Numbered from the stretch's first letter, positions 1 to 9,957 are shown. The stretch: DNA of 64,000 nt from Patescibacteria group bacterium (GCA_035291665.1 DATDRP010000006.1:145255-209254), one strand, 5' to 3'. Notes: generated from the letters alone by a model not told the origin. Translations and numbers: made by a program.

Positions 1-654
1 AAAATTGCTGAAGAATGCGGTGTGTACAATCTCTCACTGGATTTGATCAAACTGATCGGGCGTTACAGATTCAGAACCTCATACGGTCAAAATCTCGGAA
101 TCCATACAATAGAAGAAACAAAAATCGGGGTTGCAGTTGCCCAGGAGCTCGGTGCTAATGTGGATATTGTACGTTTGGGATGTTTACTCCACGATATCGG
201 TAAAGTTGTAACCGACGAAGAAGGAACTCATGTTCAGGCCGGTGTTGCGGCACTAAAGAAATACGGCCTTCCGAAAGAAGTAATCGCAACGGTTGCCGAA
301 CATCATGAAGATAAACCTTTTTCATCAACAGAATCGGTAATTGTTTGGATTGCAGATGCCGTATCCGGATCGCGTCCGGGAGCAAGGTACGAACCGCACG
401 AAGACTATGTTCAGAGAATGGATAAAATTGAAGACCTGGCAACCGGATTTGAGGGTGTTGATGTTGCATACGCTTTTCAGGCCGGTAGGGATGTTCGCGT
501 AATTGTCAAACCTGATGAAATTGACGATGACAAGCTGGTTGTCCTTGCCCATGATATTGCGAAAAAACTTGAAAATGAGGCAGAATATGTCGGGCAGATA
601 AAAGTTACCGTTATCCGGGAAACCAGAGCCACAGAAACCACTTCAGCGAGATAA
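1..654 (+). CDS. rny: Ribonuclease Y, C-terminal part (5' end lies outside the window)
   Basis: HD-domain motifs LLHDIGK and HHED; C-terminal GQIKVTVIRETRA is characteristic of RNase Y; the reading frame is open to position 1. Confidence 0.85.
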   Translation, partial: KIAEECGVYNLSLDLIKLIGRYRFRTSYGQNLGIHTIEETKIGVAVAQELGANVDIVRLGCLLHDIGKVVTDEEGTHVQAGVAALKKYGLPKEVIATVAEHHEDKPFSSTESVIVWIADAVSGSRPGARYEPHEDYVQRMDKIEDLATGFEGVDVAYAFQAGRDVRVIVKPDEIDDDKLVVLAHDIAKKLENEAEYVGQIKVTVIRETRATETTSAR

Positions 655-699
655 AATATCAGTACAAAGAGAATAGTGAAAAGAAATAAGCAATAAAAA

Positions 700-812
700 T
701 AGGCAATAAGTTGTGGGATGTGAGTAGTGGGAATTGAGTCTTAAGTATTAAGTTTTAAGTAGTTAGTATTGATATATTCCTAATAACTTAATATCGAGTC
801 TCTTATATCCTG
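700..812 (-). repeat. Pyrimidine-rich intergenic repeat copy A (inverted orientation relative to copies E-H)
   Basis: 713-733 is the exact reverse complement of 53106-53126; the flanking AAAACTTAA/AATACTTAA modules are also shared with copy G. Confidence 0.65.
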
Positions 813-874
813 CAATCACTTTTTACCATATCCTTGACATTTTTTATTTAATGTATTATCTTTTTGCTCAAGGT

Positions 875-1153
875 ATGACAAAAAAGGATCTTGTTGAAAT
901 CGTTGCACGGAAAGCCCACATGACTTCGAAAGCTGCTGAAGAAGCAATTGATGTATTTCTTGATGAAATCGGAAGATCACTTGGTAAAGGTGTAAAAAGA
1001 GTTGTGCTATCCGGTTTTGGAGTATTTAGGGTAACTTGGATGCAGGGGAAAACGGTTAAGATCCCAAACTCTGAAAAAACAGTATCAATAAAAAGACACC
1101 GGCTTCCACGATTTACTCCGGGCAGCAGGTTTAAAAAACAAGTCCAAAGATAG
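875..1153 (+). CDS. hup: HU/IHF-family nucleoid DNA-binding protein
   Basis: About 90 aa with an HU-like N-terminus (MTKKDLVEIVARKAHMTSKAAEEAIDVFLDEI) and a beta-arm segment GFGVFRV...R..R.P.TG; start placed at the internal ATG at 875. Confidence 0.8.
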   Translation: MTKKDLVEIVARKAHMTSKAAEEAIDVFLDEIGRSLGKGVKRVVLSGFGVFRVTWMQGKTVKIPNSEKTVSIKRHRLPRFTPGSRFKKQVQR

Positions 1154-1160
1154 ATAAAAG

Positions 1161-1188
1161 AGATATTAAGATATTAGGATATTAAGTG
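1161..1188 (-). repeat. TAATATC-type tandem repeat module (reverse complement CACTTAATATCCTAATATCTTAATATCT) upstream of miaA
   Basis: Matches the module at 11427-11457 and ATATCCTACC-type segments in copy H. Confidence 0.5.
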
Positions 1189-1230
1189 ACAGGAAGCAGA
1201 CTTCACTAAATACATTTAATTTTGAAATAA

Positions 1231-2196
1231 ATGAACAGTAAACTTCTGGTGATATGCGGAGCTACCGCAACGGGAAAAACTGAACTCGGATTGAAACTGG
1301 CAAAGAAATTTAATGGTGAAATTGTTTCTGCCGATTCGCGGCAGGTGTATAAACATATGGACATTGGTACAGGTAAAGACATACCGGACAACTTCAAGAG
1401 ACAAAAGTCAGAAATAATATTTAACAATAAATATGTGAATTATTTTACCGATGGCATTATTCGGCTATGGGGTTATGATTTGGCGGACACAAAAGAAGAA
1501 TTCAGTATTAGTCAATATGAAAAAGTTGGTCGGATGATTGTCAACGACATCTTCAAAAGGAATAAATTACCGATTATTATCGGCGGGTCGGGACTGTACA
1601 TTAAATCGCTGGTTGATCATATCGATACACTAAACATCCCCCGAAATGAAATATTACGTAAAAAACTTGAACTCATGGAACCTGACGAGCTCTATTTGGT
1701 TTTGGAAGAATTAGCGCCGGGTGTAGCAAGTTCTCTGAACAATTCTGACAAAAAAAACAAAAGAAGATTGATACGGAAGATTGAAATTGCAAAAAGTAAA
1801 TACCCAGTCGAAAAAAAGTTTGAGAATTATAACCCTTTATTTATTGGTCTAAAAGTTGATAAAAATAAATTAAAGAAAAGAATTGAAAAAAGAGTTTCTA
1901 AGAGACTTGAAATAGGATTTACCGAAGAGGTAAACAAACTTAAAAAAGCTGGATTAAGTCTTAAGGATCAATCAATGCAAACACCCGGCTATCGGCAAAT
2001 GCTACTAGGATTAGATATAAAGAGCACTCAGGCTATTTGGGTGAGCGAAGAAATAAAATATTCAAAAAGACAAATGACCTGGTTTTCAAAAGACAAGAGA
2101 ATAAATTGGTTTAATCCGGTTAATAGGGAAGATTCGGAGAAGCTGGTAAATATGTTAATGAAATGGTATAAAGAAATTGATGTACAAAAAAGTTGA
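1231..2196 (+). CDS. miaA: tRNA dimethylallyltransferase
   Basis: P-loop ICGATATGKT followed by the SADSRQVYKHMDIGTGK motif typical of MiaA. Confidence 0.85.
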   Translation: MNSKLLVICGATATGKTELGLKLAKKFNGEIVSADSRQVYKHMDIGTGKDIPDNFKRQKSEIIFNNKYVNYFTDGIIRLWGYDLADTKEEFSISQYEKVGRMIVNDIFKRNKLPIIIGGSGLYIKSLVDHIDTLNIPRNEILRKKLELMEPDELYLVLEELAPGVASSLNNSDKKNKRRLIRKIEIAKSKYPVEKKFENYNPLFIGLKVDKNKLKKRIEKRVSKRLEIGFTEEVNKLKKAGLSLKDQSMQTPGYRQMLLGLDIKSTQAIWVSEEIKYSKRQMTWFSKDKRINWFNPVNREDSEKLVNMLMKWYKEIDVQKS

Positions 2197-3163
2197 AATT
2201 TCCCACAAAACTATTATTTTTACTGTCTTATTTATACTCCTTCTGTGGTTTTTGTATTATATGAGGGATATTTTGTTTCAGGTGTTTGTGGCACTGATTA
2301 TATCCGCATCGTTTAACCCTTCCGTAACAAGAATTGTACGATTAAAAATTCCAAGGTCGCTGGCTGTAGTTATTGTTTATTTCATTTTCTTAGGAATTAT
2401 TGGCTTTTCCTTATATATTCTGATCCCTACTTTGATTGATCAAAGTACTAATTTTGTAAAAAATCTACCGGTTTATTTAGCGGGTTTAGGGCTGCCGGAT
2501 GTCGTGCGTGATCGAATTCTTTCGGAACTTCTCTTACAGGTAGGTACTATTCCCAGCCAGATAGCAAAAGCAGTCGTTTCTATTTTTTCGAATGTTCTGA
2601 ACTTTGTCGCAGTTTTAATATTCTCTTTTTATTTTCTGGTTTATCGAAACAAATTAATTAGCAATCTGAGGGAATTTGAGGGGCTGAAAAACAAAAAGAA
2701 TATTATCTACGCGATAGAAAACATTGAACACAAAATTGGAAATTGGGCAAGGGGAGAGCTTGCGTTGATGTTTATTGTCGGAACTGCCACTTATATCGGA
2801 CTTTTAATGATGTCAGTCCCATATGCACTTCCATTGGGAATTTTGGCTGGTCTATTTGAAATGGTTCCTCTCATCGGGCCGTTTATCGCCGGAGCTCCGG
2901 CAGTTTTAATAGGATTTGGTACCTCTCCTGTAACCGGAGTTGCAGTTGCAGCGTTGGCATTTTTGATTCAACAGGTTGAAAATTATTTCTTGGTACCAAA
3001 AATTATGCAGAAATCGGTAGGGCTGAATCCTATTGTCACATTATTAACACTTACTGTCGGTTTCCGACTTTTCGGAATAATAGGGGCACTCATTGCAATT
3101 CCGATTGTTTTAACAATACAGGTTATTGTTGTTGAGTATATATCCTTCAAGGATAAGGAATAG
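2177..3163 (+). CDS. AI-2E family transporter (UPF0118/PerM-like membrane protein)
   Basis: Eight predicted TM segments; conserved QVENYFLVPKIMQKSVGLNPIVTLL segment of the AI-2E family; overlaps the miaA stop by 20 nt. Confidence 0.7.
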   Translation: MMYKKVEISHKTIIFTVLFILLLWFLYYMRDILFQVFVALIISASFNPSVTRIVRLKIPRSLAVVIVYFIFLGIIGFSLYILIPTLIDQSTNFVKNLPVYLAGLGLPDVVRDRILSELLLQVGTIPSQIAKAVVSIFSNVLNFVAVLIFSFYFLVYRNKLISNLREFEGLKNKKNIIYAIENIEHKIGNWARGELALMFIVGTATYIGLLMMSVPYALPLGILAGLFEMVPLIGPFIAGAPAVLIGFGTSPVTGVAVAALAFLIQQVENYFLVPKIMQKSVGLNPIVTLLTLTVGFRLFGIIGALIAIPIVLTIQVIVVEYISFKDKE

Positions 3164-3214
3164 GTGTCTTTAAGTATTTATATCCTATATTATTTTACTT
3201 CATTTGCTTGGATT

Positions 3215-3223
3215 TGGTATAAT
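3215..3223 (+). promoter_or_regulatory. Extended -10 promoter element (TGgTATAAT) upstream of rnpB
   Basis: TGGTATAAT lies 7-8 nt upstream of the inferred RNase P RNA 5' end at about 3231. Confidence 0.4.
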
Positions 3224-3230
3224 ATACATG

Positions 3231-3749
3231 CTTTGGAGAAGGAGTGATCGCCACGTTCAGTTAACATGAACGTGGAGGAAAGTCCAGGCAGCAGTAAGAA
3301 GGGAACGGAGCGTAAGCTCCGACTGGAAGCCAGCTTAGCTGGTGAACAGCTGGTGTCTTTGGTTTGTGAAAATAAACTAAGAACCGAATCTGAATTGACA
3401 GATTTGGAGAGTCACAGAGACGATCCTTCGGTTAAACTTGAGGAATTACGACATTAATCAGCAAGTAACTTTGCGATAGATGACTAATCCTTAGGCACAT
3501 TGAAGGGGTGAAACGCTGATAATCCCACCCGCTGCAACCTCCGACTATCCCACCCTTTTTATTTTTTATAAAGTAAAAAGACAAAGCAGCTTACCTGAAA
3601 TTTATTAGGAATGATAGAAATATCAATTCAATAAAGGCGGGATGAAGCTTGAGGGCAGTCCTGATTAATTCGGGACAACTCCGATTTAATCGGAGTTAGA
3701 CAGATGATCACTTAGAAACAGAACCTGGCTTACTATTCTCCAAAGCCTT
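3231..3749 (+). ncRNA. rnpB: RNase P RNA (bacterial type) with an AT-rich internal insertion
   Basis: Universal motifs in the correct order: GGAGGAAAGTCCAGGC (P4 5' strand) at 3270-3286, GGGGTGAAACGCTG near 3503, ACAGAACCTGGCTTA (P4 3' strand) at 3718-3732. P1 pairing CTTTGGAGAA (3231-3240) with TTCTCCAAAG (3736-3745). At about 517 nt it is longer than typical; the extra length is mainly an AT-rich stretch around 3555-3640. Confidence 0.65.
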
Positions 3750-3752
3750 AAG

Positions 3753-3779
3753 AAACCCACAAGTATTTGTGGGTTTTTT
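3753..3779 (+). terminator. Rho-independent terminator of rnpB (AAACCCACAAGTATTTGTGGGTTTTTT)
   Basis: Perfect 7-bp GC-rich stem with a T6 tract immediately after the RNase P RNA 3' end. Confidence 0.7.
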
Positions 3780-3822
3780 CATGAATAATGAATAGCAAAG
3801 TTTTCACCGAAGGAGGGGTTTT

Positions 3823-3870
3823 TACTATTCTCCAAAGCCTTAAAAAACCCCGATGGAGTCGGGGTTTTTT
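3823..3870 (+). repeat. Duplicate of the rnpB 3' end (TACTATTCTCCAAAGCCTTAA) fused to a second, different terminator hairpin (AAAACCCCGATGGAGTCGGGGTTTTTT)
   Basis: 3823-3845 is near-identical to 3731-3752; it is followed by a different GC stem plus T6 at 3844-3870. Confidence 0.6.
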
Positions 3871-3900
3871 AGTTGCAAGGAAGGATGTTAAAATTAAGTT

Positions 3901-4095
3901 ATGAATACATTCTTTTTCATGATTTCAATCCTCTGTTTCATGCATGCTTTGAGAGACTATCTTCAAATGAAGGGAATTAACAACTGGTTTACAGAATTCG
4001 GACATATTTGGAAAAAACCGGAATGGGAAAAATATAGTGCAGTATTTTTTTCTATTTTGGGATTGATATTGTTATTTTTCGCAATTAGAAATTAG
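3901..4095 (+). CDS. Small hydrophobic hypothetical protein (64 aa)
   Basis: ORF with two predicted TM segments and no recognisable motif; sits between the rnpB terminators and pilB. Confidence 0.2.
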   Translation: MNTFFFMISILCFMHALRDYLQMKGINNWFTEFGHIWKKPEWEKYSAVFFSILGLILLFFAIRN

Positions 4096-4189
4096 ATCAA
4101 TTAGTAATTTTTTAGACTCGTTTATGTAATATAATAAAAACATAGCTTTACCTTTATTTAATATATGAGGTAGAAAGTGGTGCCTGCCT

Positions 4190-5869
4190 ATGTTATTGTC
4201 GAATGACAAACTTAAGAAGATACTTGTCGGGTCCGGATATATTACGGAACCCGATTTTGATAACGCCGTACAAAGTGCCACTGACCTGGGAAAAGACGTC
4301 TCTGACATCCTGATCTTCAGAGGATTAATCAGCGAGGATGCACTGGGTAAACTAATTTCCCAGCACTTCAATATTCCATACGTTGACGTACGGAGAATGT
4401 TTATATCAACAGAAATCCTGAAGCTGATTCCTGAGAAGTTGGCCAGGGTGTATCGAATGATTCCTTTTGAACTTACGGGGAAAAAACTTAAGGTTGCAAT
4501 GGAAAACCCTGAGGATTTTGAGGGTTTGGAATTCGCAAAACGTCAAACTGGTTTTGAGGTTGAACCGTATTTTGCAAGGTCGGAAGATATTTCAAAAGCG
4601 CTTGGACAATACAAAAAGAATCTGAAAAGCGACTTTGAGAAAATTATTTCTGAAAACCTGAAAAAAGCCAGTGTCAGCGGTAATTTGGAAAAAGCGGCAG
4701 AGGATGTTCCCATTGTTAAAATTTTAAACACAATTTTTGAATATGCTGTTGCTGCTAGGGCTTCCGATATACATATTGAAACACAAACAGATGATGTTGT
4801 AGTCAGATTCAGAATAGATGGAGTTTTACGGGACATCATAAAGTTTCAGCGCGGTATTGAAGAAGCAATTATTGCCAGAATCAAGATTCTTTCTAATTTA
4901 AAAATTGACGAACATCGTATTCCTCAGGACGGAAGATATAAATTCAATATTGATGACGAAGTGGTCGCACTTCGTATTTCTATAATCCCCGGATTTGTTG
5001 GGGAAAACGTTGTCATGAGAATTCTTCGCGAGACCAACCGGCCGTTGAGTTTTGAAGAGCTGGGTATAACCGGAAAAGGCTTGAAAATTCTTAGAGATAA
5101 TACTTCAAAACCACACGGAATGATTCTTGTCACGGGTCCGACCGGATCCGGAAAAACTACGACTCTCTACTCCGTTTTGAATGTCTTAAATACAATTGAA
5201 GTTAAGATCTGTACAATTGAAGATCCGATTGAGTACGGAGTTAACCGAGTAACTCAAATTCAGGTAAATCCAAAAACAGGATTAACTTTTGCCTTAGGCC
5301 TTCGGGCTTTAATGAGACACGACCCGGATATTATTATGGTTGGAGAAATCCGCGATCAGGAAACAGCAGAAATAGCAATTCATTCTGCTTTGACGGGACA
5401 TCTGGTATTATCCACCCTGCACACAAATACGGCATCCGGCGCAGTACCCCGGCTTTTGGACATGGGTGCAGAACCGTATCTTTTGGCTTCAACTCTGAAT
5501 CTGATCGTGGCGCAAAGACTGGTTCGGAGGATTTGCCAGACATGCATTACAAAATACCAACCCGATCCGGAAATAATAAAGCGCATCGAGAAGGATCTTG
5601 GAGCAGACTATATAAAAATAAAATTTTATAAAGGCAAAGGTTGCGATGAGTGTAATAATAAGGGCTATTCAGGACGGGTTGGCATATATGAAATACTACC
5701 CGTTACAGAAAAACTACGGGAAGTAATTTCAAAAAAACCATCTTCCGAAATGCTTGAAGATCAGGCATTAAAGGAAGGGATGGTTTCAATGCTTCAGGAC
5801 GGAGTTGATAAGGTTTCAGCAGGACAAACGACTATTGAAGAAGTCTTTAGAGTAGCAAGCGAAGATTAA
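4190..5869 (+). CDS. pilB: Type IV pilus assembly ATPase PilB/GspE family
   Basis: N-terminal GSPII_E_N-like region; Walker A GPTGSGKTTT, Asp box, Walker B IMVGEIRD; C-terminal tetracysteine CQTC...CDEC. Confidence 0.9.
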   Translation: MLLSNDKLKKILVGSGYITEPDFDNAVQSATDLGKDVSDILIFRGLISEDALGKLISQHFNIPYVDVRRMFISTEILKLIPEKLARVYRMIPFELTGKKLKVAMENPEDFEGLEFAKRQTGFEVEPYFARSEDISKALGQYKKNLKSDFEKIISENLKKASVSGNLEKAAEDVPIVKILNTIFEYAVAARASDIHIETQTDDVVVRFRIDGVLRDIIKFQRGIEEAIIARIKILSNLKIDEHRIPQDGRYKFNIDDEVVALRISIIPGFVGENVVMRILRETNRPLSFEELGITGKGLKILRDNTSKPHGMILVTGPTGSGKTTTLYSVLNVLNTIEVKICTIEDPIEYGVNRVTQIQVNPKTGLTFALGLRALMRHDPDIIMVGEIRDQETAEIAIHSALTGHLVLSTLHTNTASGAVPRLLDMGAEPYLLASTLNLIVAQRLVRRICQTCITKYQPDPEIIKRIEKDLGADYIKIKFYKGKGCDECNNKGYSGRVGIYEILPVTEKLREVISKKPSSEMLEDQALKEGMVSMLQDGVDKVSAGQTTIEEVFRVASED

Positions 5870-5877
5870 AAAAGCTT

Positions 5878-7086
5878 ATGCCCTTATTTACATACAAAGT
5901 TAAAAATAAAAAAGGAGAATTAATTGAAGATGTCATTCAAGCTGCGGACAGTAAGGATGTCCAGTCTAACCTTCAAGCTGAAGGTTATCAGATTTTGACC
6001 ATCAGAAGGTTGGACTCAAAATTAAGCAGCCTCTCAGCAGGTGGAATTTCAATTTCAGAAAAAGCCGCCTTTTGCAGATTTTTGGCAACCATGTTGCGGG
6101 CGGGTCTTCCGCTTCCTGAAGCAATCGACATCATAAAAGATGATACGAAAAATCGTAAACTTAAAAAAGTACTTTTTGATATCGCATATGAAATTCGAAA
6201 AGGGAAAACCATGTCATCAGTATTGTCAAAGTATAAACGGGATTTTGACCCTGTTTTTCTGACGATGGTTAAGGCAGGAGAAGAATCAGGAACGATTGAT
6301 AAAAGCTTCGATTATCTCGCCAAACAATTATTAATGACATATGAACTAATTCAAAAAGTGAAAGGTGCGATGATGTACCCGATAGTTATAGTTGCTGCTA
6401 TGGGGGCAAATTTTGTTGTCATGCTTGTTTTTGTTTTGCCGAAACTTTCCAATGTTTTTCTTCAATTAAATGTTGAATTGCCTCCTGCCACCCGATTTGT
6501 GATGGAAACCGGCCAATTCATTGGCGACAATACGGTATTAGTTTTGGGAATTTTAATCGGTTTATTGGTTATAGGTTTTGTTCTTTTTACAGTTCAAAAG
6601 ACCCGGGATGCTATAACAGACTTTTTCATGCGCCTTCCTGCAATAAAAGATTTAATTATTCAGATTGACGTTGCCAGGTTTTCAAGAACACTTTCAACAC
6701 TTCTTCGAAGCGGAGTACCGATTATGGTCTGCCTGGAAGTTTGTGCAAATATCATGCGTCAGCCGGCACTCAAGAAACAGGCAAAACTTTTCGGTGAAAA
6801 AGTTGCTGAAGGAAAACAGCTTTCTGAAGTAATTGTAGGAGGTAGTAAAGCGTTTCCGTCAACTGTAATTCAAACAATTAAAGCAGGAGAAAAAAGCGGA
6901 AGTCTGGAAGATGTTCTGGAGGAAATGGCTGAATTTTATGAGAGGGAAGTCGATTACAATCTGAAGAAATTGACGTCTTTACTGGAACCTCTTTTGATGT
7001 TGGTTATCGGGGTAGCGGTGGGTGCGATGGTAATAATTATGATAACACCGATTTATTCTCTGGTCGGCGGGCTTGATAAGTTCTAA
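5878..7086 (+). CDS. pilC: Type IV pilus inner-membrane platform protein PilC/GspF family
   Basis: Two GspF-like repeats (KAGEESGTID and KAGEKSGSLED), three TM segments, 8 nt downstream of pilB. Confidence 0.9.
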   Translation: MPLFTYKVKNKKGELIEDVIQAADSKDVQSNLQAEGYQILTIRRLDSKLSSLSAGGISISEKAAFCRFLATMLRAGLPLPEAIDIIKDDTKNRKLKKVLFDIAYEIRKGKTMSSVLSKYKRDFDPVFLTMVKAGEESGTIDKSFDYLAKQLLMTYELIQKVKGAMMYPIVIVAAMGANFVVMLVFVLPKLSNVFLQLNVELPPATRFVMETGQFIGDNTVLVLGILIGLLVIGFVLFTVQKTRDAITDFFMRLPAIKDLIIQIDVARFSRTLSTLLRSGVPIMVCLEVCANIMRQPALKKQAKLFGEKVAEGKQLSEVIVGGSKAFPSTVIQTIKAGEKSGSLEDVLEEMAEFYEREVDYNLKKLTSLLEPLLMLVIGVAVGAMVIIMITPIYSLVGGLDKF

Positions 7087-7136
7087 ACGATTCGGTTCAA
7101 AATTCAATACCCCTCCGAATATATATAAAATTTCTC

Positions 7137-7853
7137 ATGAAGGAAGAAAAAGAAATTGATATCAGAAAATTGTTAAGCAATCCGGTTTATATTGTTTTGA
7201 TTGTAATTGGTTTAATCATAATTATTTTTGTTGTTTATATATTAGTCGGAAGAAATAGGAGTCTTAATGACGCACCGATAAAAGAAGGCCAAATCATGAT
7301 TCAAAAAGGAGACGAAGTTATCACAATTAATAGCAACGGACTTGTGGAGTATAAATCGAAAGACAAAGTCTATTATGAAACCTGGGATACCTCAAGAATA
7401 TCTTCATTTTTTACGCTGATTGAAAATAAAGCCCGTGAATCTTTAAAAAATCCGGATCAGAAAAAATGCGTATATAAAATTTATCTTTTCCTTGACGGAA
7501 AACTGGTTAATTTCTGTACAGATGACGAAGAAATTGCGGATACAGTTGAGGAAATATCTAACAAATATTCGGAAGAAGATCTTAGCGGTTACTTTCAGGA
7601 CGGGGAGGGATCTGGTGGAGACGGTGATGAGGATTTTGATGGTACGATTCATTTTCCTACACCAACACCCACAATTTCATTGATCTCACCTGTCCCGACA
7701 CCGACATCAACTCAATCCTCCGGCGGATCACAAACAAATTATCCGCCAGTGAATGCCGGCTGCGATACATGGAGTGTGAGTATTGTCGGGGGAAGAGCTG
7801 TAATTTCGAATACCTACTGCACAACCCAGCCAACGGCCACCCCGACGCCCTGA
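7137..7853 (+). CDS. Membrane-anchored hypothetical protein with a Pro/Thr-rich C-terminal tail
   Basis: N-terminal TM (VYIVLIVIGLIIIIFVVYILVG); C-terminus PTPTPTISLISPVPTPTSTQ...TATPTP; immediately after pilC. Confidence 0.45.
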   Translation: MKEEKEIDIRKLLSNPVYIVLIVIGLIIIIFVVYILVGRNRSLNDAPIKEGQIMIQKGDEVITINSNGLVEYKSKDKVYYETWDTSRISSFFTLIENKARESLKNPDQKKCVYKIYLFLDGKLVNFCTDDEEIADTVEEISNKYSEEDLSGYFQDGEGSGGDGDEDFDGTIHFPTPTPTISLISPVPTPTSTQSSGGSQTNYPPVNAGCDTWSVSIVGGRAVISNTYCTTQPTATPTP

Positions 7854-7864
7854 CGTTATTGTTC

Positions 7865-9295
7865 TTACTGGGCTTTTTCTTCAGTCCAGGATATGAATTC
7901 GTACTGACCCGAAGTTGGAAAATAAGGTGGAGGATTGTATAAAACATTTGTATCGTAATTGATCTCCCTCTGACGGAATCCGGACTCCGGACCTTCGCCG
8001 AAATTCCAATAGGACTTGAAATAAGATATGACTGAACCGTTTAATATTAGTTTTTGTTTAACAGCCTCATCCGTTCCCCCGCACCAATTGAAATAACCGT
8101 GACGTATTATTGTTCCCTGTTGTGTTAAAAGTACACCGTCGACCTGAAACTCCTCGGGTACGCTTCTTGTAAAATAAATATCGTTTTGGGATACGATACC
8201 GATAACATCGCTGCCGTCGTAGGCGGTATATTTTATGCTATTTGGTATATATATTACTGAACTGCTCGATTTGAGGGGAAAATCAACTGCAGCTACTGTA
8301 AGTCTTCCCCTGACCGTTCCTTCAATCCACAAGTCATCTTCAGCAAAAATAATCGGGACATCAACTACATTATAAGTACCCAAGAAGGTTTCGGAGCCAA
8401 TAATCTGGTAACTTTTCCGGCATCCTCCTATTCCGAATTCACCCAATCCCTGTCCGGGAACTGAATAAGCTTTCGTATAATCCGTAGAAATAACTTTATT
8501 AATTCTGACCGTTCCGTCACTCAGAAATAGTAAGTGATAGCCATCCGCGTTTGAATTATCAAGGTATAGTCCGTCGGATTTTGCGAAGTTTCTCATGTTT
8601 GAAAAGTCAACCGCAACGCTGTCAAAATCAACAAATGGAACGGGAAATTGCCAAAGTGCCTGGTCCCCGCCGGATCCCCATACACCATCCTTCGGTTCCG
8701 GGGGGTGACAGCCGGTCTCAGACCCGCACATGTATTCAAGCTGGGCACTGGAGACTATGGACGTATTTGTTCCATCCATTCTTATACCGTTGTTTGAATG
8801 TATTTTTCCGTTGACAACTGATCCTGATCCATACCAAGTACTTCCGTTTGACAAGAAAGAATAGATCGCCATTGAGGGAATTCCGTATTGAGCTTTAATT
8901 TTACGTTTTATTTTTGGATATTGATCGCTCCACGCAGTTGATTCGATGGTGACTATGGTTGAACCCTCCTGTGGAGGTGTTATTTCTAGGCTGTAATATC
9001 CCATTAAGGTTCCTTGGGGATCTTTGTATTCATGAACAAACGGGCCGTAGGGTACAGGTGTCACAGGAGTTCCCGTGCCATCGGTAAAATCATCAGGATC
9101 ATGTGCAAGATGCCATTTATAGTAATTTATACCGGCTTCTGAAATATTGAGGGCGCGTTCAGATGCAATTTGCCTGTTTGAGCTGTCGACTTGAACACCC
9201 AAAACGAACAACATGCCATAGATTATTATTATGAACGAGGCCGTAATAATAAGAATGGCCGGTGTTGCAAAACCGTTGTGTGTATTTTTTAACAT
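7865..9295 (-). CDS. Large pilin-like/pilus-associated protein (476 aa) with an N-terminal hydrophobic prepilin-like segment
   Basis: N-terminus NGFATPAILIITASFIIIIYGMLFVLG resembles a degenerate class III signal plus hydrophobic helix; last gene of the minus-strand minor-pilin operon. Confidence 0.5.
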   Translation of the reverse strand: MLKNTHNGFATPAILIITASFIIIIYGMLFVLGVQVDSSNRQIASERALNISEAGINYYKWHLAHDPDDFTDGTGTPVTPVPYGPFVHEYKDPQGTLMGYYSLEITPPQEGSTIVTIESTAWSDQYPKIKRKIKAQYGIPSMAIYSFLSNGSTWYGSGSVVNGKIHSNNGIRMDGTNTSIVSSAQLEYMCGSETGCHPPEPKDGVWGSGGDQALWQFPVPFVDFDSVAVDFSNMRNFAKSDGLYLDNSNADGYHLLFLSDGTVRINKVISTDYTKAYSVPGQGLGEFGIGGCRKSYQIIGSETFLGTYNVVDVPIIFAEDDLWIEGTVRGRLTVAAVDFPLKSSSSVIYIPNSIKYTAYDGSDVIGIVSQNDIYFTRSVPEEFQVDGVLLTQQGTIIRHGYFNWCGGTDEAVKQKLILNGSVISYFKSYWNFGEGPESGFRQREINYDTNVLYNPPPYFPTSGQYEFISWTEEKAQ

Positions 9296-9345
9296 TTTCT
9301 GGTTTACATTAAGTATAAAATAATTGCAAACGTATAGGATGCTAG

Positions 9346-9957
9346 CTAAAGGTTATCTTTTAACATCCTGATGTTTGATATTGATTCAACTTCATAACCA
9401 TTAGCGGTATCACCGTTTTTGACAAGGAGATAAATTTTTACACTTCTGGTATCAGCAAGTCGATTAGTCATCCCGAGGGGGTTATTGATAATATCTTCCG
9501 GCCAATCGGCGTTGTAATAGTAAAAAACGGGAGTTTCGTTATAGATATTTTCGTTAAGCGTAATTACTGTTTCTGTATCCTGGTTATACTGTGCAGGATA
9601 ACCGGAAGGTTCAATAACACCTTTGTATAAATTGTGTTCATTTAAAAAATAACGGACTTTTTCTGTGCTTCCGTCAAGATCGATATCGGAGTAAAAACCG
9701 ATACTTTGGTCATCTACGTTGAACAAAGAATATGCTCCGTTGTCGCTGGTTTTTGCAGCCCGAATCTCTTTTATAAAAGTTGAAATAATCAAGTTTGCCT
9801 CATCAACGGATTTATAGCTTCTGGTTACCAGTATTTGGTTTTGGGTAAGAATATATTGAAGAGATACCAAACCAATTCCGATAAATGACAGGATTGTTAC
9901 GGCAATTAAAACCTCGATTAAAGAAATTCCTTTTTGTTTTGTTTTTATAGACATCAT
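9346..9957 (-). CDS. Prepilin-type N-terminal cleavage/methylation domain minor pilin
   Basis: KQKGISLIEVLIAVTILSFIGIGL matches the G-(F/I)-S/T-L-I-E prepilin consensus. Confidence 0.7.
   Translation of the reverse strand: MMSIKTKQKGISLIEVLIAVTILSFIGIGLVSLQYILTQNQILVTRSYKSVDEANLIISTFIKEIRAAKTSDNGAYSLFNVDDQSIGFYSDIDLDGSTEKVRYFLNEHNLYKGVIEPSGYPAQYNQDTETVITLNENIYNETPVFYYYNADWPEDIINNPLGMTNRLADTRSVKIYLLVKNGDTANGYEVESISNIRMLKDNL

Noticed and set aside
155-552. Minus-strand ORFs of 104 and 75 aa
   Set aside because: They are antisense within the well-supported rny coding region
3266-3457. 63-aa ORF in the track
   Set aside because: It lies entirely inside the RNase P RNA gene (it covers the conserved GGAAAGTCCAGGC region) and has no start context
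7443-7947. ORFs 7443-7652(-), 7492-7683(+) and 7657-7947(-)
   Set aside because: They overlap the ends of convergent genes (7137-7853 and 7865-9295) and have no motifs or start context
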